Shown piece by piece: positions 9,837 to 20,260 of a stretch of DNA of 64,000 nt (positions are counted from its first letter, which is position 1; each line of letters starts with the position of its first letter). This DNA is from Sphingomonas sp. (GTDB lineage Bacteria > Pseudomonadota > Alphaproteobacteria > Sphingomonadales > Sphingomonadaceae): contig CBDHCA010000003.1 of assembly GCA_965260965.1 (NCBI GenBank), forward strand, positions 781,533-845,532, read 5' to 3'. The position numbers and the translations under genes were made by a program. The notes under the pieces were generated by a model that was not told where the DNA came from, searched no databases, and saw nothing but the letters and a program-made list of their open reading frames with translations.

Positions 9837-11024
9837 TCACCCAATCATCTCGACCGCCATCGCCGTAGCCTCGCCGCCACCAATGCACAGCGATGCAAGG
9901 CCTCGCTTCTGGCCGGCGCCCTCCAGCGATGAGAGCAGCGTTGCCAGGATGCGCGAGCCGCTCGCGCCGATCGGATGGCCCAGCGCGCAGGCGCCCCCGA
10001 GGATATTCACGGTGTCCACGCTCAGCCCCAGATCGTGCATCGCGATCATTGGTACCACCGCGAATGCCTCGTTTACCTCGTACAAGTCGACATCGCCGGT
10101 CGACCATCCTGCGCGCTCAAGCGCCTTCTTCATGGCGCTCACCGGCGCGGTCGTGAACCTGGCCGGCTCGTGCGCGTGCGCCGCATGACTCACGACACGT
10201 GCGATCGGTGTGAGGCCAAGTTTCTCTGCGACGCTGGCTCGCGTCATCACCAGCGCCGCCGCGCCGTCGGAGATTGACGAGGCATTGGCCGCGGTGATCG
10301 TGCCCTTCTTCGAGAAGGCGGGGCGCAGAGTTGGGATTTTGGCGACGTCGCCCCTGCTGGGCTGTTCATCCCGGCTGACCATGTCGCTCCCCTTGCGGCC
10401 CTTGACCTCGACCGGAACGATTTCCCGTTCGAACGATCCGTCCGCCTGCGCCTTTTGAGCACGTTCGAGAGAACGGATCGCATATGCATCCATCGCGGCG
10501 CGCGTAAATTGATAGTCCTGCGCAGTTTCCTCCGCGAAATTGCCCATCAACTTGCCGGGCTCATAGGCGTCTTCGAGACCGTCGAGATACATATGATCGT
10601 AGATCGTATCGTGTCCGATGCGTGCTCCGCCGCGGTGCTTCTTCGACAAATACGGCGCGTTCGTCATGCTCTCCATGCCGCCGGCGACCAGCATGTCGAC
10701 TGAGCCGGCCGCGAGCGCATCGGCGGCCAAGATCGCAGCCTGCATACCCGAGCCGCACATCTTGTTGACCGTTGTACCCTCGACATGCGTACCAAGCCCG
10801 GCATTAATCGCCGCTTGGCGCGCGGGAGCCTGGCCAAGGCCTGCAGATAGCACACACCCCATATAGATGCGCTCGACAGCGCTTGCTGAGATACCCGCAC
10901 GATCGACGGCACCCTTGACGGCCGTGGCCCCGAGATCGGTCGCCGAGGCTTCGGTCAGGCATCCCTGGAAAGAGCCCATCGGGGTGCGGGCATAGGAGAC
11001 GATGACGATCGGGTCGGTGGCCAT
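9837..11024 (-). CDS. Acetyl-CoA C-acetyltransferase (thiolase)
   Basis: VNKMCGSG (active Cys), NEAFA, GHPIGASG and CIGGG motifs. Confidence 0.95.
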   Translation of the reverse strand: MATDPIVIVSYARTPMGSFQGCLTEASATDLGATAVKGAVDRAGISASAVERIYMGCVLSAGLGQAPARQAAINAGLGTHVEGTTVNKMCGSGMQAAILAADALAAGSVDMLVAGGMESMTNAPYLSKKHRGGARIGHDTIYDHMYLDGLEDAYEPGKLMGNFAEETAQDYQFTRAAMDAYAIRSLERAQKAQADGSFEREIVPVEVKGRKGSDMVSRDEQPSRGDVAKIPTLRPAFSKKGTITAANASSISDGAAALVMTRASVAEKLGLTPIARVVSHAAHAHEPARFTTAPVSAMKKALERAGWSTGDVDLYEVNEAFAVVPMIAMHDLGLSVDTVNILGGACALGHPIGASGSRILATLLSSLEGAGQKRGLASLCIGGGEATAMAVEMIG

Positions 11025-11131
11025 GAGATTAGCTCCGCTGAAGGATTTATCTATTGCGCACCTAGTCCGCTGCACCATGCTTTACAAATGCCGCGTTGCA
11101 GCATCCCGGCCCGGATTGCTACGCCGGTTGC

Positions 11132-11890
11132 ATGCCCATGCTCTCTCCATTCGCTTGGTCGGCCGTGCTTGCGGTGCTGGGCGCGATCGTCGGCAGCTTT
11201 ATCGCCGCGCTTGTCATGCGCTGGCCGCAAGGACGATCGGTGACACATGGGCGATCCGCCTGTGATGCGTGCGGCCGGACGCTGACGGCGCGTGATCTGC
11301 TGCCTTTGATCAGTATGTTCCTGCTGAACGGTCGCTGCCGATATTGCGGAGCAAGGATTACGCTGCTCCATGCCGGCTTGGAGATGGCGGGACTGATCGT
11401 CGGAGCGAGTGCCGGGTGGGTGGCCGGCGATCAGCGCGCGATCGCCGGTGCATTCTTTGGGTGGTTATTGCTCGCGATCGCCTCGCTGGATTGGCGGACC
11501 TTCTGGCTGCCGGACGAACTCACCGGGACGCTCGCGATAATGGGGTTCGCGGAGGTGGCTACGCAACAGGGACCGCTACTGAGCGATCGGCTGGTCGGTG
11601 GCGCTGCCGGCTTCGGGATGCTCTGGCTGATCGCATTCGCCTATCGAAACGTGCGTAAGCGCGAAGGAATGGGGGGTGGTGATCCAAAGCTGATGGGAGC
11701 GATCGGATTGTGGCTGGGCTGGAGAATGCTGGCGCCGGTGCTGCTACTGGCAAGCCTTGGGGGACTCGGCATCGTCCTGGTTGCAAAGCTGATCGGTCGT
11801 CCGATGACACGGACGACCGCGCTGCCGCTGGGGACGATGCTGGCGATCGCGGCTTACCCGACATGGCTGGCGATGGTAGGATGGACCTGA
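11132..11890 (+). CDS. Prepilin peptidase (A24, PilD-like)
   Basis: GSFI, RSACDAC...RCRYC Zn motifs, DWRTFWLPD and MGGGDPKL catalytic aspartates. Confidence 0.92.
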   Translation: MPMLSPFAWSAVLAVLGAIVGSFIAALVMRWPQGRSVTHGRSACDACGRTLTARDLLPLISMFLLNGRCRYCGARITLLHAGLEMAGLIVGASAGWVAGDQRAIAGAFFGWLLLAIASLDWRTFWLPDELTGTLAIMGFAEVATQQGPLLSDRLVGGAAGFGMLWLIAFAYRNVRKREGMGGGDPKLMGAIGLWLGWRMLAPVLLLASLGGLGIVLVAKLIGRPMTRTTALPLGTMLAIAAYPTWLAMVGWT

Positions 11891-12327
11891 TGATGGCCGC
11901 ACTCCTCTTGGCACTCAATGCCGCTGCTCTACAAGTTTCCGGCTCGCCGGCCCCCGGCACGCCGCTGGTCTCGATCGGCCAGCAATCGCTGCCGGCAAAA
12001 GGCTGTGCGGCGTATTTATGGACCTTGGGGAGCGAGCACGCGCTGGTCGTGATGGCATCAGCCGAACCCGCTCGCCTTCGTATCGCGCTCGACGGACCAG
12101 TGCGCGACTATCCGCTGGTAGCGCAGAGCGGAGCCGGGGGCCTGGGCTTTGCCGGGACGACGACCTATCGGGGGGGCGACGTGACAGCGACGCTGGAGAT
12201 GCAGGTGCAGACGATGGCCGAGCTTGCCGATGGCGCTCGCGTGCCCAGCGCGACCCTGCAGTTGCAGCGGCCGGGCCGAGACGAGGTGATCGTACCCTTG
12301 GGAGGCTTGATTGGTTGCGCACGGTAG
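11890..12327 (+). CDS. Hypothetical exported protein
   Basis: TGATG overlap with the peptidase stop. N-terminal signal-like MMAALLLALNAAALQ. Confidence 0.65.
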   Translation: MMAALLLALNAAALQVSGSPAPGTPLVSIGQQSLPAKGCAAYLWTLGSEHALVVMASAEPARLRIALDGPVRDYPLVAQSGAGGLGFAGTTTYRGGDVTATLEMQVQTMAELADGARVPSATLQLQRPGRDEVIVPLGGLIGCAR

Positions 12328-12351
12328 GCTCTGCGCGCTTGCTAGGAAATA

Positions 12352-12388
12352 GAAAGGGGCGCCGCCGCAGCCGGCACCGCCCCTTTTC
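12352..12388. terminator. Bidirectional terminator between the hypothetical gene and rplL
   Basis: GAAAGGGGCG...CGCCCCTTTTC inverted repeat between convergent genes. Confidence 0.65.
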
Positions 12389-12411
12389 CTGGCTGGAAAA
12401 CCGCTACTTGG

Positions 12412-12789
12412 TTACTTGACCTCGACGGTCGCGCCGGCCGATTCCAGTTGCGCCTTGAGCTTGTCGGCTTCGTCCTTGGAGACGCCTTCCTTGACCGGCT
12501 TGGGTGCACCTTCGACGAGGGCCTTCGCCTCCGTCAGGCCCAGTGAAGTAATGGCGCGGACTTCCTTGATGACGTTGATTTTCTTGCCGCCGTCGCCGGT
12601 CAGGATGACGTCGAACTCGGTCTGCTCCTCGGCGGCGGGAGCAGCGGCACCGCCGCCGGCGGCGGGAGCCGCCGCAACAGCCGCGGCGGCCGACACGCCC
12701 CACTTTTCCTCAAGCAGCTTGGAAAGCTCGGCGGCCTCCAGCACGGTCAGTTCGCTCAATTGATCAACAAGGGTGTTCAAGTCTGCCAC
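12412..12789 (-). CDS. rplL: 50S ribosomal protein L7/L12
   Basis: [23 protein letters not shown]...EQTEFDVIL...KINVIKEVR. Confidence 0.98.
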   Translation of the reverse strand: MADLNTLVDQLSELTVLEAAELSKLLEEKWGVSAAAAVAAAPAAGGGAAAPAAEEQTEFDVILTGDGGKKINVIKEVRAITSLGLTEAKALVEGAPKPVKEGVSKDEADKLKAQLESAGATVEVK

Positions 12790-12818
12790 GATGTATCTCC
12801 GATTACAGTAAAAAAGGG

Positions 12819-13334
12819 TTATGCTGCTTCTTTTTCAGCGTACGCCGACAGTACGCGCGCGATCTGCGCTGCCGGGGCCTGCGTGATGGTGGCTAGCTTC
12901 GTCGCCGGCGCTACGATCAGCCCGACGATCTTCGCGCGCAACTCGTCGAGCGACGGCATCGTCGCCAGCGACTTGACACCCTCGACATCGAGCGCCGTGG
13001 CACCCATCGCCCCGCCCACGATCTCGAACTTATCGTTCGTCTTGGCGAAGTCCACCACCACCTTGGCCGCCGCAACCGGATCGATCGAAGTCGCGAGTGC
13101 CACGGGACCGGTCAGCATGTCGCCGAGCGCGTCATAGTCGGTGCCGTCCAGCGCGATGCGCGCCAAGCGGTTCTTCGACACCTTGTACGCCGCTCCGGCT
13201 TCGCGCATCTTATTGCGCAGGTCAGTCGATTGCGCGACTGTCATGCCAAGATTGCGCGTGACCACCACCACGCCCACTTCCGAAAAAGTGCGGTTCAGTT
13301 CCGCGACAGCCTGGGTCTTCTGTTCACGATCCAT
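12819..13334 (-). CDS. rplJ: 50S ribosomal protein L10
   Basis: [10 protein letters not shown]...YKVSKNRLA...[16 protein letters not shown]. Confidence 0.98.
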   Translation of the reverse strand: MDREQKTQAVAELNRTFSEVGVVVVTRNLGMTVAQSTDLRNKMREAGAAYKVSKNRLARIALDGTDYDALGDMLTGPVALATSIDPVAAAKVVVDFAKTNDKFEIVGGAMGATALDVEGVKSLATMPSLDELRAKIVGLIVAPATKLATITQAPAAQIARVLSAYAEKEAA

Positions 13335-13435
13335 GCCATTCTCCTCATCTGGGCGCACAAATGCAAGCCCTTCAAAAGTCCAGCGATGGGGAAGGATGCC
13401 GCGCCTGCGCGCAACCTAAGTGCCGTTCAACCGGC

Positions 13436-13502
13436 CAGCCTTTTCCCCGTCTCGGCAGGATATTAAGTGCCGGTCACCCGACACCCCTGCTGTCTAGGAC
13501 GA
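13436..13502 (-). promoter_or_regulatory. Probable L10 leader (rplJL autoregulatory RNA)
   Basis: The minus strand reads GTCCTAGACAGCAGG...TTAA-tat-CCTGCCGAGACGG. This resembles the L10-leader pattern (AAGACxGxAGG...TTAA...CCTxCGxAGAC) and sits upstream of rplJ. Confidence 0.6.
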
Positions 13503-13676
13503 GAGCCCGACGGATAACCGTAAGACCACGAATGATGCCATAACGACGACGGCTAGCGAGTCAAGCGATACAGGCAAATGAGGCAGACGCCACGGGAGCG
13601 AGTCCCGTCTCGTTATTGGTCGCGGCCCGAGCCGTCGAAATACGCGACGACGCTGACACGTGTCGCGCCTCGTCGC

Positions 13677-14330
13677 TTACGCGCCGTTTATCTCGGCGGT
13701 GTCCACCTTAATCCCCGAACCCATGGTCGAAGAAACCGCGACCTTCTTGACATACTTGCCTTTGGCACCCGAGGGCTTGGCCTTGACGACCGCATCGACG
13801 AGCGCGTCGAAATTGCGGCGTAGATCCTCTGCGGAGAAGCTGGCCTTCCCGATCCCTGAGTGAATAATGCCGGCCTTCTCGACGCGGTACTCGATCTGCC
13901 CGCCCTTGGCGGCCTTGACGGCTTCCGCGACATTCATCGTTACCGTGCCGAGCTTGGGATTGGGCATGAGACCCTTGGGACCCAAGACCTTGCCAAGACG
14001 ACCAACAACACCCATCATGTCAGGCGTCGCAATGCAGCGGTCGAAGTTGATCGTGCCGCCTTGGATCGTCTCCATGAGGTCCTCGGCGCCAACGAGATCT
14101 GCCCCGGCCTCGCGCGCCTCGTCGGCCTTAGTGCCCTTGGCGAAGACGCCGACCCGGATGGTTTTTCCGGTGCCGGCGGGGAGGGAGACGACGCCGCGGA
14201 CCATCTGGTCGGCGTGGCGGGGGTCGACGCCCAGGTTCATCGCGACCTCAATCGTCTCGTCGAACTTCGCGGTGGCGTTGGATTTGGCGAGGGAAAGCGC
14301 CTCGTCGATGCCGTGCAGCTTGTCCATCAT
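13677..14330 (-). CDS. rplA: 50S ribosomal protein L1 (217 aa, N-terminally short)
   Basis: [25 protein letters not shown] and [10 protein letters not shown]. The ATG overlaps the rplK stop (TGATG). Confidence 0.95.
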   Translation of the reverse strand: MMDKLHGIDEALSLAKSNATAKFDETIEVAMNLGVDPRHADQMVRGVVSLPAGTGKTIRVGVFAKGTKADEAREAGADLVGAEDLMETIQGGTINFDRCIATPDMMGVVGRLGKVLGPKGLMPNPKLGTVTMNVAEAVKAAKGGQIEYRVEKAGIIHSGIGKASFSAEDLRRNFDALVDAVVKAKPSGAKGKYVKKVAVSSTMGSGIKVDTAEINGA

Positions 14331-14761
14331 CAGCCCTCCACCACCGAGAGGCCCATCGCGCGGGCCGAACCCTCGATGATGCGCGTCGCGGCGTCCAGGT
14401 CGTTGGCGTTCAGGTCCTTCATCTTGGCGGTCGCGATCTCCGACAGCTGCGAGCGGCGGATCGTGCCCGCCGAGGCCTTGCCCGGCTCCTTGGAGCCCGA
14501 TTTCAGCCCCAGCGCCTTCTTGATGAGATAGGTCGCCGGCGGCGTCTTGGTCTCGAACGAGAAGCTGCGATCGGCATAGACGGTGATCCGGGTGGGGAGC
14601 GGCGTGCCCTTTTCCATGTCGGTCGTCTGCGCGTTGAACGCCTTGCAGAACTCCATGATGTTGACGCCGCGCTGACCCAGCGCCGGGCCGATCGGCGGCG
14701 CGGGCTTCGCATCGCCGGCCGGCACCTGAAGGTTGATGTAACCCGTGATTTTCTTAGCCAT
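14330..14761 (-). CDS. rplK: 50S ribosomal protein L11
   Basis: [43 protein letters not shown]...ARAMGL. Confidence 0.98.
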   Translation of the reverse strand: MAKKITGYINLQVPAGDAKPAPPIGPALGQRGVNIMEFCKAFNAQTTDMEKGTPLPTRITVYADRSFSFETKTPPATYLIKKALGLKSGSKEPGKASAGTIRRSQLSEIATAKMKDLNANDLDAATRIIEGSARAMGLSVVEG

Positions 14762-14817
14762 GTATCGCTCTTTTCCATTGGCTAAAGGCGCAACAGCGCC
14801 CCGCCTGTCCAAGTTTA

Positions 14818-14848
14818 GCGGTGCCAGCGGACGCGAACGCCCTCCCGC
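14818..14848 (-). promoter_or_regulatory. Candidate L1-binding leader of the rplKA operon
   Basis: The minus strand GCGGGAG-GGCG-TTCG-CGTC-CGCTGGCA-CCGC forms a hairpin with a GGGAG asymmetric loop upstream of rplK, like known L1 mRNA sites. Confidence 0.45.
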
Positions 14849-14986
14849 GGATAGCTCCGGATGTCGGAAGCGGCGGGCATTAGCGCAAAAGTCGCGCCTG
14901 CGCAAATCCCCTTGCAAAGTTGGAGATCGAACAGAACATAAGGCGAACGACATAGAGTGAACGATATAGGGGGGGGAGAGCAGCGC

Positions 14987-16120
14987 ATGGCCAGGCCGCT
15001 GACGCGCGCGCAGTGCAAGCAGAATGCGGCGTTCCTGAGGGTGCTGAGGCGCACCGGCAATATCCGCATGGCCGCGCGCGAGGTGGGGGCGGCGGTATCG
15101 ACGCTGCACACGCGCCGCGCCGCGCATCCGGGCTTCGCGCAGCGCTGGGACGCGGCGGTCGCGGTCGCGCATGCGGCGTTCTGGATGGACGGCGGGCGGC
15201 AGGGGCCGGAGCGCAAGCCGGAAGGAAAGGACGCCGCGCCCGAAACCGCGCACCGCACGAAAGGCGGCGAGCCGGTGGTGGTGCGGCGGCGCGACGGCAA
15301 GCTGCAACTGCGGCGCGCTCAGCCGGGCAAGCTGACGCAGGCGTGCGAGCAGGCGTTCCTGGCGGCGCTGTCGGCGACCGCGAACGTATCGCTGTCGGCG
15401 GCGGCGGCGGGCGCGTCGGAGCGCGCGTTCCACCGGCGGCGACGCACGAACGGGGCGTTCGCGCGCGAATGGCGGCTGGCGATGGAGGCGGGGTACAATC
15501 GGCTGGAGGAGGCGTTGCTGGAGCACGCCGCGCCCGAATCATACGAACATGACGCATGGCGACGCAACGAGCCGCCGCCGATGCCGCGGATGACGCCGAG
15601 CGAGATGGTGCACCTGATGCACCTGCACCAGAAGGAGGTACGGCTGCAGGACGAGCCGCCGCATATCCGCCGCCGCGCGGGCGAATCGCAGATGGCGTAC
15701 AGCTATCGACTGTCGGCGATGGGCCAGGCGCAGCTGGAGCAGCGGCGCGAGGAATACCGGGTCGCGGAGGCGGAACGCCGCGCGCAGGGCAGGGCCTGCG
15801 CGTTCGACGACGCGTCGCCGAGCCTGCCCGCGCTGGACCAGGTGACGGGCTGGTCGCACGCGGACCCGGACAAGCCGGCTCATCATGAGGGGGTGCCGCT
15901 GTTCGGCGGGTGGCGGATGGACGACATGGACGCGCGGCTGGCGGAGCGGAAGCGCGACCGCGCCGAGCGCCGCCGGCTGCGCGAGGAGGATGACGCGATG
16001 CGGCGCGAGGTGGACCACAAGCTGGGAGAGGAGACGCTGCCACGACGCCGGGCCGAGCGCGAGGAGCGGCTGCGCGAGGAACGCGCGAAGCAGCCGGTGC
16101 CGAGGGCACGGCGGTTGTGA
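14987..16120 (+). CDS. Hypothetical protein with two HTH-like repeats
   Basis: Two related modules: [20 protein letters not shown]...[15 protein letters not shown] and [20 protein letters not shown]...[16 protein letters not shown]. Charged C-terminus. Confidence 0.75.
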   Translation: MARPLTRAQCKQNAAFLRVLRRTGNIRMAAREVGAAVSTLHTRRAAHPGFAQRWDAAVAVAHAAFWMDGGRQGPERKPEGKDAAPETAHRTKGGEPVVVRRRDGKLQLRRAQPGKLTQACEQAFLAALSATANVSLSAAAAGASERAFHRRRRTNGAFAREWRLAMEAGYNRLEEALLEHAAPESYEHDAWRRNEPPPMPRMTPSEMVHLMHLHQKEVRLQDEPPHIRRRAGESQMAYSYRLSAMGQAQLEQRREEYRVAEAERRAQGRACAFDDASPSLPALDQVTGWSHADPDKPAHHEGVPLFGGWRMDDMDARLAERKRDRAERRRLREEDDAMRREVDHKLGEETLPRRRAEREERLREERAKQPVPRARRL

Positions 16121-16125
16121 GGGGC

Positions 16126-16401
16126 TCAGGCCGCCAGCATCGCCTCGATATGGTCGAGCGCCTGCGTGAAATCGAATGTCAATTGCGCGCGTTCGGCCGC
16201 GTCGGGAAGCCAGGAGACGAGATGCGGAAAGACGATGCGTTGATATTTGAGCGTGTCCGCGTCCCAATGTTCCTCGGGCGTGGCGGCTCGGGCCTTTGCC
16301 AGAAGGTCGAGCGCGTCGGCGCGAATATCGTTCGGGTCGAACAGCACGCCCTGAGGTCGCTTGCGCTCCCCGAGGTCAAAGCCGAGTTGATCGCCGTCCA
16401 T
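16126..16401 (-). CDS. Small hypothetical protein (91 aa)
   Basis: Protein-like composition (QLGFDL...LLAKARAA...WDADTLKYQRIVFPHLVSWLP). Convergent on the upstream gene and divergent from the R-M gene. Confidence 0.7.
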   Translation of the reverse strand: MDGDQLGFDLGERKRPQGVLFDPNDIRADALDLLAKARAATPEEHWDADTLKYQRIVFPHLVSWLPDAAERAQLTFDFTQALDHIEAMLAA

Positions 16402-16516
16402 CGCCCGTGTCTAGCGCGCGGCATGGACACCGGACAAGACGCCGCGTCCCGAAATCTGTGCATAACCGGGCGGGGCGATACTGGAAACCGACCGACGATA
16501 CGGGCAGGGTAGGCGC

Positions 16517-19500
16517 ATGAGTGCCGATCGTTTCAAGCCCCTGCTCGACCGCGAGTTTCTGAAGGCCGAGCTTCATTACGCGTTCGAGGATTATGTCGCG
16601 TCCGGCGGCGACTCCTCGTTGCGAAGCCGGCTGGAGGATTGGGCAGCGCGCAAGGTTGTGCGCGAAACCCAGGCGGAGGGATCGTTCATCCAGCGTTTCT
16701 TCGTCGAGACATGGGGTTATCGCGACGACGGCACGGGTACCGCGCACTTCCAGCTACATCCCAAATTCGGGATCGCGGGCGCGGGGCAGGGCGGCAATCG
16801 CGGGGAGGCCGATCTGGCAATCGGGCAGTTCGGCGACGGCATGCCGGCGATCCCGCAAGTGGTATGCGAGTTCAAGGATATCAAATCCGGACTGGATGCG
16901 TCGCAGAACCGGAAGGGCAACAATCGCTCTCCCGTGGTGCAGGCGCATGATTACCTGAGATATGCGCGGCGGGCGCTGTTCGGTAACGAGCCGGTGCAGC
17001 CGCGTTTTGCCATCGTGACCGACATGAACGAGTTCCGCCTGTATTGGTGGGACCATTTTACCGACCGTTACCTGCGCTTCTCGATCACCGGCGGCGATCT
17101 GTTCAGCCCGGTCACATTGCTTGGCGATGGCGACGAAGCGTTGTTCGACCGGTTCCTGTTCCAGCACCTGTTCCGTCCAGACATGCTGTTGAGCGATGCC
17201 GGGCGAACGCGGCTGGAACGGCTGATCGAGAAACAGGGCCGCGCCGAACAGCGGCTGGAGGATGCGTTCTACAGCCATTACCGCGCCTATCGCACGGTGC
17301 TGGTCGACCTGATCATGCTGCAGCGCCCGGACGGCGTGACAAAGGGCGGGGCGGTGCGACTGGCGCAGAAGCTGCTCGACCGCCTGATCTTCGTCATGTT
17401 CGCCGAGGATATGGGCGGGCGCGTCGGCTTTCCGGCGGGTGCGTTGCAGGAGGAATTGAAGCGGCAGAGCCGGGACCAGTTTCTCGAGCCGGAGGGTGAT
17501 GAAGTCTGGCGTCGGCTGAAACGCATTTTCGAGATCATGAACATCGGCGGCAAGCTGGGCGAGGCGTCGATCCATCAATTCAACGGCGGGTTGTTCGCAA
17601 CCGACGCGGCGCTGGACGCGCTGACGCTGCCCAACCGCATCTTCGTGGCGTTCGGACAGGCGCAGAACGACGCGAAGCTGGCCGAGCATCCGCAAACCCT
17701 GTTGTTCCTGGCTGCAACCTATAATTTCGCGCGCGAGGGCGATGCGAAGAACAGCATCGGCCTTTACACGCTTGGGCATATTTTCGAGCAGTCGATCGTC
17801 GAGCTGGAAAAGCTGGAGGCGGATGCCGAAGGCCGGACCTCTCTGACCGATGTTACCAAGCGCAAGCGCGACGGGGTGTATTATACCCCGGAATGGGCGG
17901 TCGGCCGGATCATCGACGAGACGATCCAGCCGTTGCTGGCACGGTGGCGGGCGGAGGCGGGCTGGCCAGAGACTGGCGAGCCGTCACGCACGGCGGCCGC
18001 CGCCTATTGGAATCGGTTGCGCGCGATCCGCGTGCTGGACCCGGCGTGCGGGTCGGGGGCGTTCCTGATCGTTGCGCTCAAGATGCTGGAGCGGGTGTTC
18101 GCGGACACGCTGGCTGCCGCCTACCGCGCGGGTGCCGTCGCGTCGCTGCCCGACGATGCGGCGATCACGCAGATGATCCTGGCGAACGATTTGTTCGGAG
18201 TGGACATCAATCCGGCGTCGGTTGAGATCACGAAATTATCGCTGTGGCTGCACACCGCACTGCCCAACAAGCCGCTGTCCGGACTGGACGCCACGATCCG
18301 TTGCGGCAACAGCCTGGTCGACCGGCGCTTCTACAATAAACGTACGATCCTGGACGAGGACGAGCGCGACCGGATCAACGTGTTCGATTGGGAGGGCGAT
18401 TTCTCGGCAGGCAGTTTCGACGCGGTGATCGGCAATCCTCCGTATGTTAAGTTGCAAAATTTCAAGCGGGTCAATGCCGACATGGCGCAGTGGCTGGTGT
18501 CCGGGTCGAGCGGGGAGGCGCCCTATGCGTCGACCGGCACCGGTAATTTCGACCTGTACCTGCCGTTCATCGAGCGGGGATTGTCGCTGCTGAACGAGGG
18601 CGGGCGGATGGGGTATATCGCGCCCAATCTCTGGCCGACGCTGGATTACGGAGCGGGGCTGCGCGCGCTGATCGCCAAAGGCGGGCATCTGGAGAAGTGG
18701 ATCGATTTCCGATCGTGGCAGGTGTTCGAGGAAGCGACGGTCTATACCGCGATCCAGATCTTCTCAAAGGCAGCGGTCCCGGCGATCCGGATGGCATTCG
18801 TCGGCGATGGCGATCTGAGCCGGGTCGACTGGGACGATGACACGCTGGTGCTGCCCTATGCCGACATCGCGCAGCCGAGCGATCCGTGGCTGATCGCGCC
18901 CGCGCCGGTGCGAAGGATGATCGAGCGGCTGGGGCGGGAGGCGGTACGGCTGGACCAGCCGGAGAATGTGCGTGCGATTTTTCAGGGTATCATCACCAGC
19001 GCCGATCATATCTTTCATCTGCGCCGGCTGGGGCGCGACCGTTATGCCTATACGCCGCGAGTGAAGGGCAAGAAGCAGGCGGCGGTCGTGGTCGCAATCG
19101 AGGATGCGATAATGAAGCCGCTGGTATCGGGGGCGGAGGCCAAGCGGTTCATCGAACCGGTGACGGAGACGCGGTTGCTGTTCCCGTACCGGGTCGATGG
19201 GGAGGGCGCGCGGTTGATGGCGGCGGACGAGATGGCGGCGAGCTATCCAAAAGCGTGGGCGTACCTACGTGGGTTCGAGGAGGAGTTGCGGGCGCGGGAG
19301 CATGGGAAGTTCGACGATGACGGGTGGTACCGGATGGGGCGTCATCAGAACCTCGACAAGCAGGAGGTGCCGAAACTGCTGGTCGCGCAACTTGTACCGG
19401 AATTGCGGATGGCGTTCGATCATGCCGGCGAGTTTTACGTCAACAATGTCCGCGTAAACGGCATCCTGCCGCAGGGCGACAATGGCTGGTATCTGCTGGC

Positions 19501-20260
19501 CGTGCTGAATGCGCCGGTTTCCAACTACATCTTCAAGTGGCTCGGCAAGCCCAAGGACAATGGCTATTTTGAGGCTAACAAGCAGTTTATCGCGCCATTG
19601 CCGATCCCGCATGCCGATCGCGCGAGCCGCGCGGCGCTATCAGCGCTGGCGATGCGGTTGCAGGAACAGCATACCGACCGCGTGCGGCAGCGCGCCGCGC
19701 TGGACGAACGGTTGCGTTCCACCGCCAGGGCGCGCTGGTCGCTCGACCGACTGTTGCCGGGTGTCCGCGCGCTGACCATGATCGAGCAGGCGGTGCCGAC
19801 GAGCGTGCCCGCGTCGGGACACAAGGCCTGGGTCGATGACGAGCGCCGCGCCGACGAGGAAGCGGCGTTGGCGGGAATCGACGCGGTGCTGACGGTCGAC
19901 TCGGCGCTTGAGGTTGTGCTGGCGGACGGCAAGCTGTCGTTTCTGGCCGACGAGCAGCTTGTGGCGCGGGTGTTCGTCGGGCCGGCCGAGGAGGCACTGG
20001 TGGCGGCGCAGTGGCGCGGCGTGGCGCTGGACTTCGGCCTGCGCGGGCGCGACGATGCGAAGCGGCTGGTCGAGCGGCTGCGCCATGTCGCGGTCCATGC
20101 CGAGCCGGCCATCGCCGCGCAGATCATCGCGATCGGCGAGCGGCTGAACGATCTGGGCGGGCGGATAGCGGCCGACGAGGCGGAGCTGCACGAGCTGACC
20201 TGCCGCCTGTTCGCGCTGACGTTGGAGGAACGGCGCCTGGTGGAGGCGGGGCGGAGTTAG
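16517..20260 (+). CDS. Type IIG (Eco57I/TaqI-like) fused restriction endonuclease / N6-adenine methyltransferase
   Basis: N-terminal PD-(D/E)xK-like ADL...VVCEFKD, GVYYTPEW, motif I VLDPACGSGAFL and motif IV VIGNPPY (~18434), followed by a TaqI-type target recognition region. 1247 aa. Confidence 0.9.
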   Translation: MSADRFKPLLDREFLKAELHYAFEDYVASGGDSSLRSRLEDWAARKVVRETQAEGSFIQRFFVETWGYRDDGTGTAHFQLHPKFGIAGAGQGGNRGEADLAIGQFGDGMPAIPQVVCEFKDIKSGLDASQNRKGNNRSPVVQAHDYLRYARRALFGNEPVQPRFAIVTDMNEFRLYWWDHFTDRYLRFSITGGDLFSPVTLLGDGDEALFDRFLFQHLFRPDMLLSDAGRTRLERLIEKQGRAEQRLEDAFYSHYRAYRTVLVDLIMLQRPDGVTKGGAVRLAQKLLDRLIFVMFAEDMGGRVGFPAGALQEELKRQSRDQFLEPEGDEVWRRLKRIFEIMNIGGKLGEASIHQFNGGLFATDAALDALTLPNRIFVAFGQAQNDAKLAEHPQTLLFLAATYNFAREGDAKNSIGLYTLGHIFEQSIVELEKLEADAEGRTSLTDVTKRKRDGVYYTPEWAVGRIIDETIQPLLARWRAEAGWPETGEPSRTAAAAYWNRLRAIRVLDPACGSGAFLIVALKMLERVFADTLAAAYRAGAVASLPDDAAITQMILANDLFGVDINPASVEITKLSLWLHTALPNKPLSGLDATIRCGNSLVDRRFYNKRTILDEDERDRINVFDWEGDFSAGSFDAVIGNPPYVKLQNFKRVNADMAQWLVSGSSGEAPYASTGTGNFDLYLPFIERGLSLLNEGGRMGYIAPNLWPTLDYGAGLRALIAKGGHLEKWIDFRSWQVFEEATVYTAIQIFSKAAVPAIRMAFVGDGDLSRVDWDDDTLVLPYADIAQPSDPWLIAPAPVRRMIERLGREAVRLDQPENVRAIFQGIITSADHIFHLRRLGRDRYAYTPRVKGKKQAAVVVAIEDAIMKPLVSGAEAKRFIEPVTETRLLFPYRVDGEGARLMAADEMAASYPKAWAYLRGFEEELRAREHGKFDDDGWYRMGRHQNLDKQEVPKLLVAQLVPELRMAFDHAGEFYVNNVRVNGILPQGDNGWYLLAVLNAPVSNYIFKWLGKPKDNGYFEANKQFIAPLPIPHADRASRAALSALAMRLQEQHTDRVRQRAALDERLRSTARARWSLDRLLPGVRALTMIEQAVPTSVPASGHKAWVDDERRADEEAALAGIDAVLTVDSALEVVLADGKLSFLADEQLVARVFVGPAEEALVAAQWRGVALDFGLRGRDDAKRLVERLRHVAVHAEPAIAAQIIAIGERLNDLGGRIAADEAELHELTCRLFALTLEERRLVEAGRS

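Noticed and set aside
11096-11890. Prepilin peptidase as a sign of a pilus or secretion locus
   Set aside because: No pilin, ATPase or secretin genes are nearby. Orphan pilD-like genes are common.
12328-12412. rpoB/rpoC do not follow rplL
   Set aside because: Rearrangement of rpoBC away from rplJL is not unusual and cannot be evaluated from this window.
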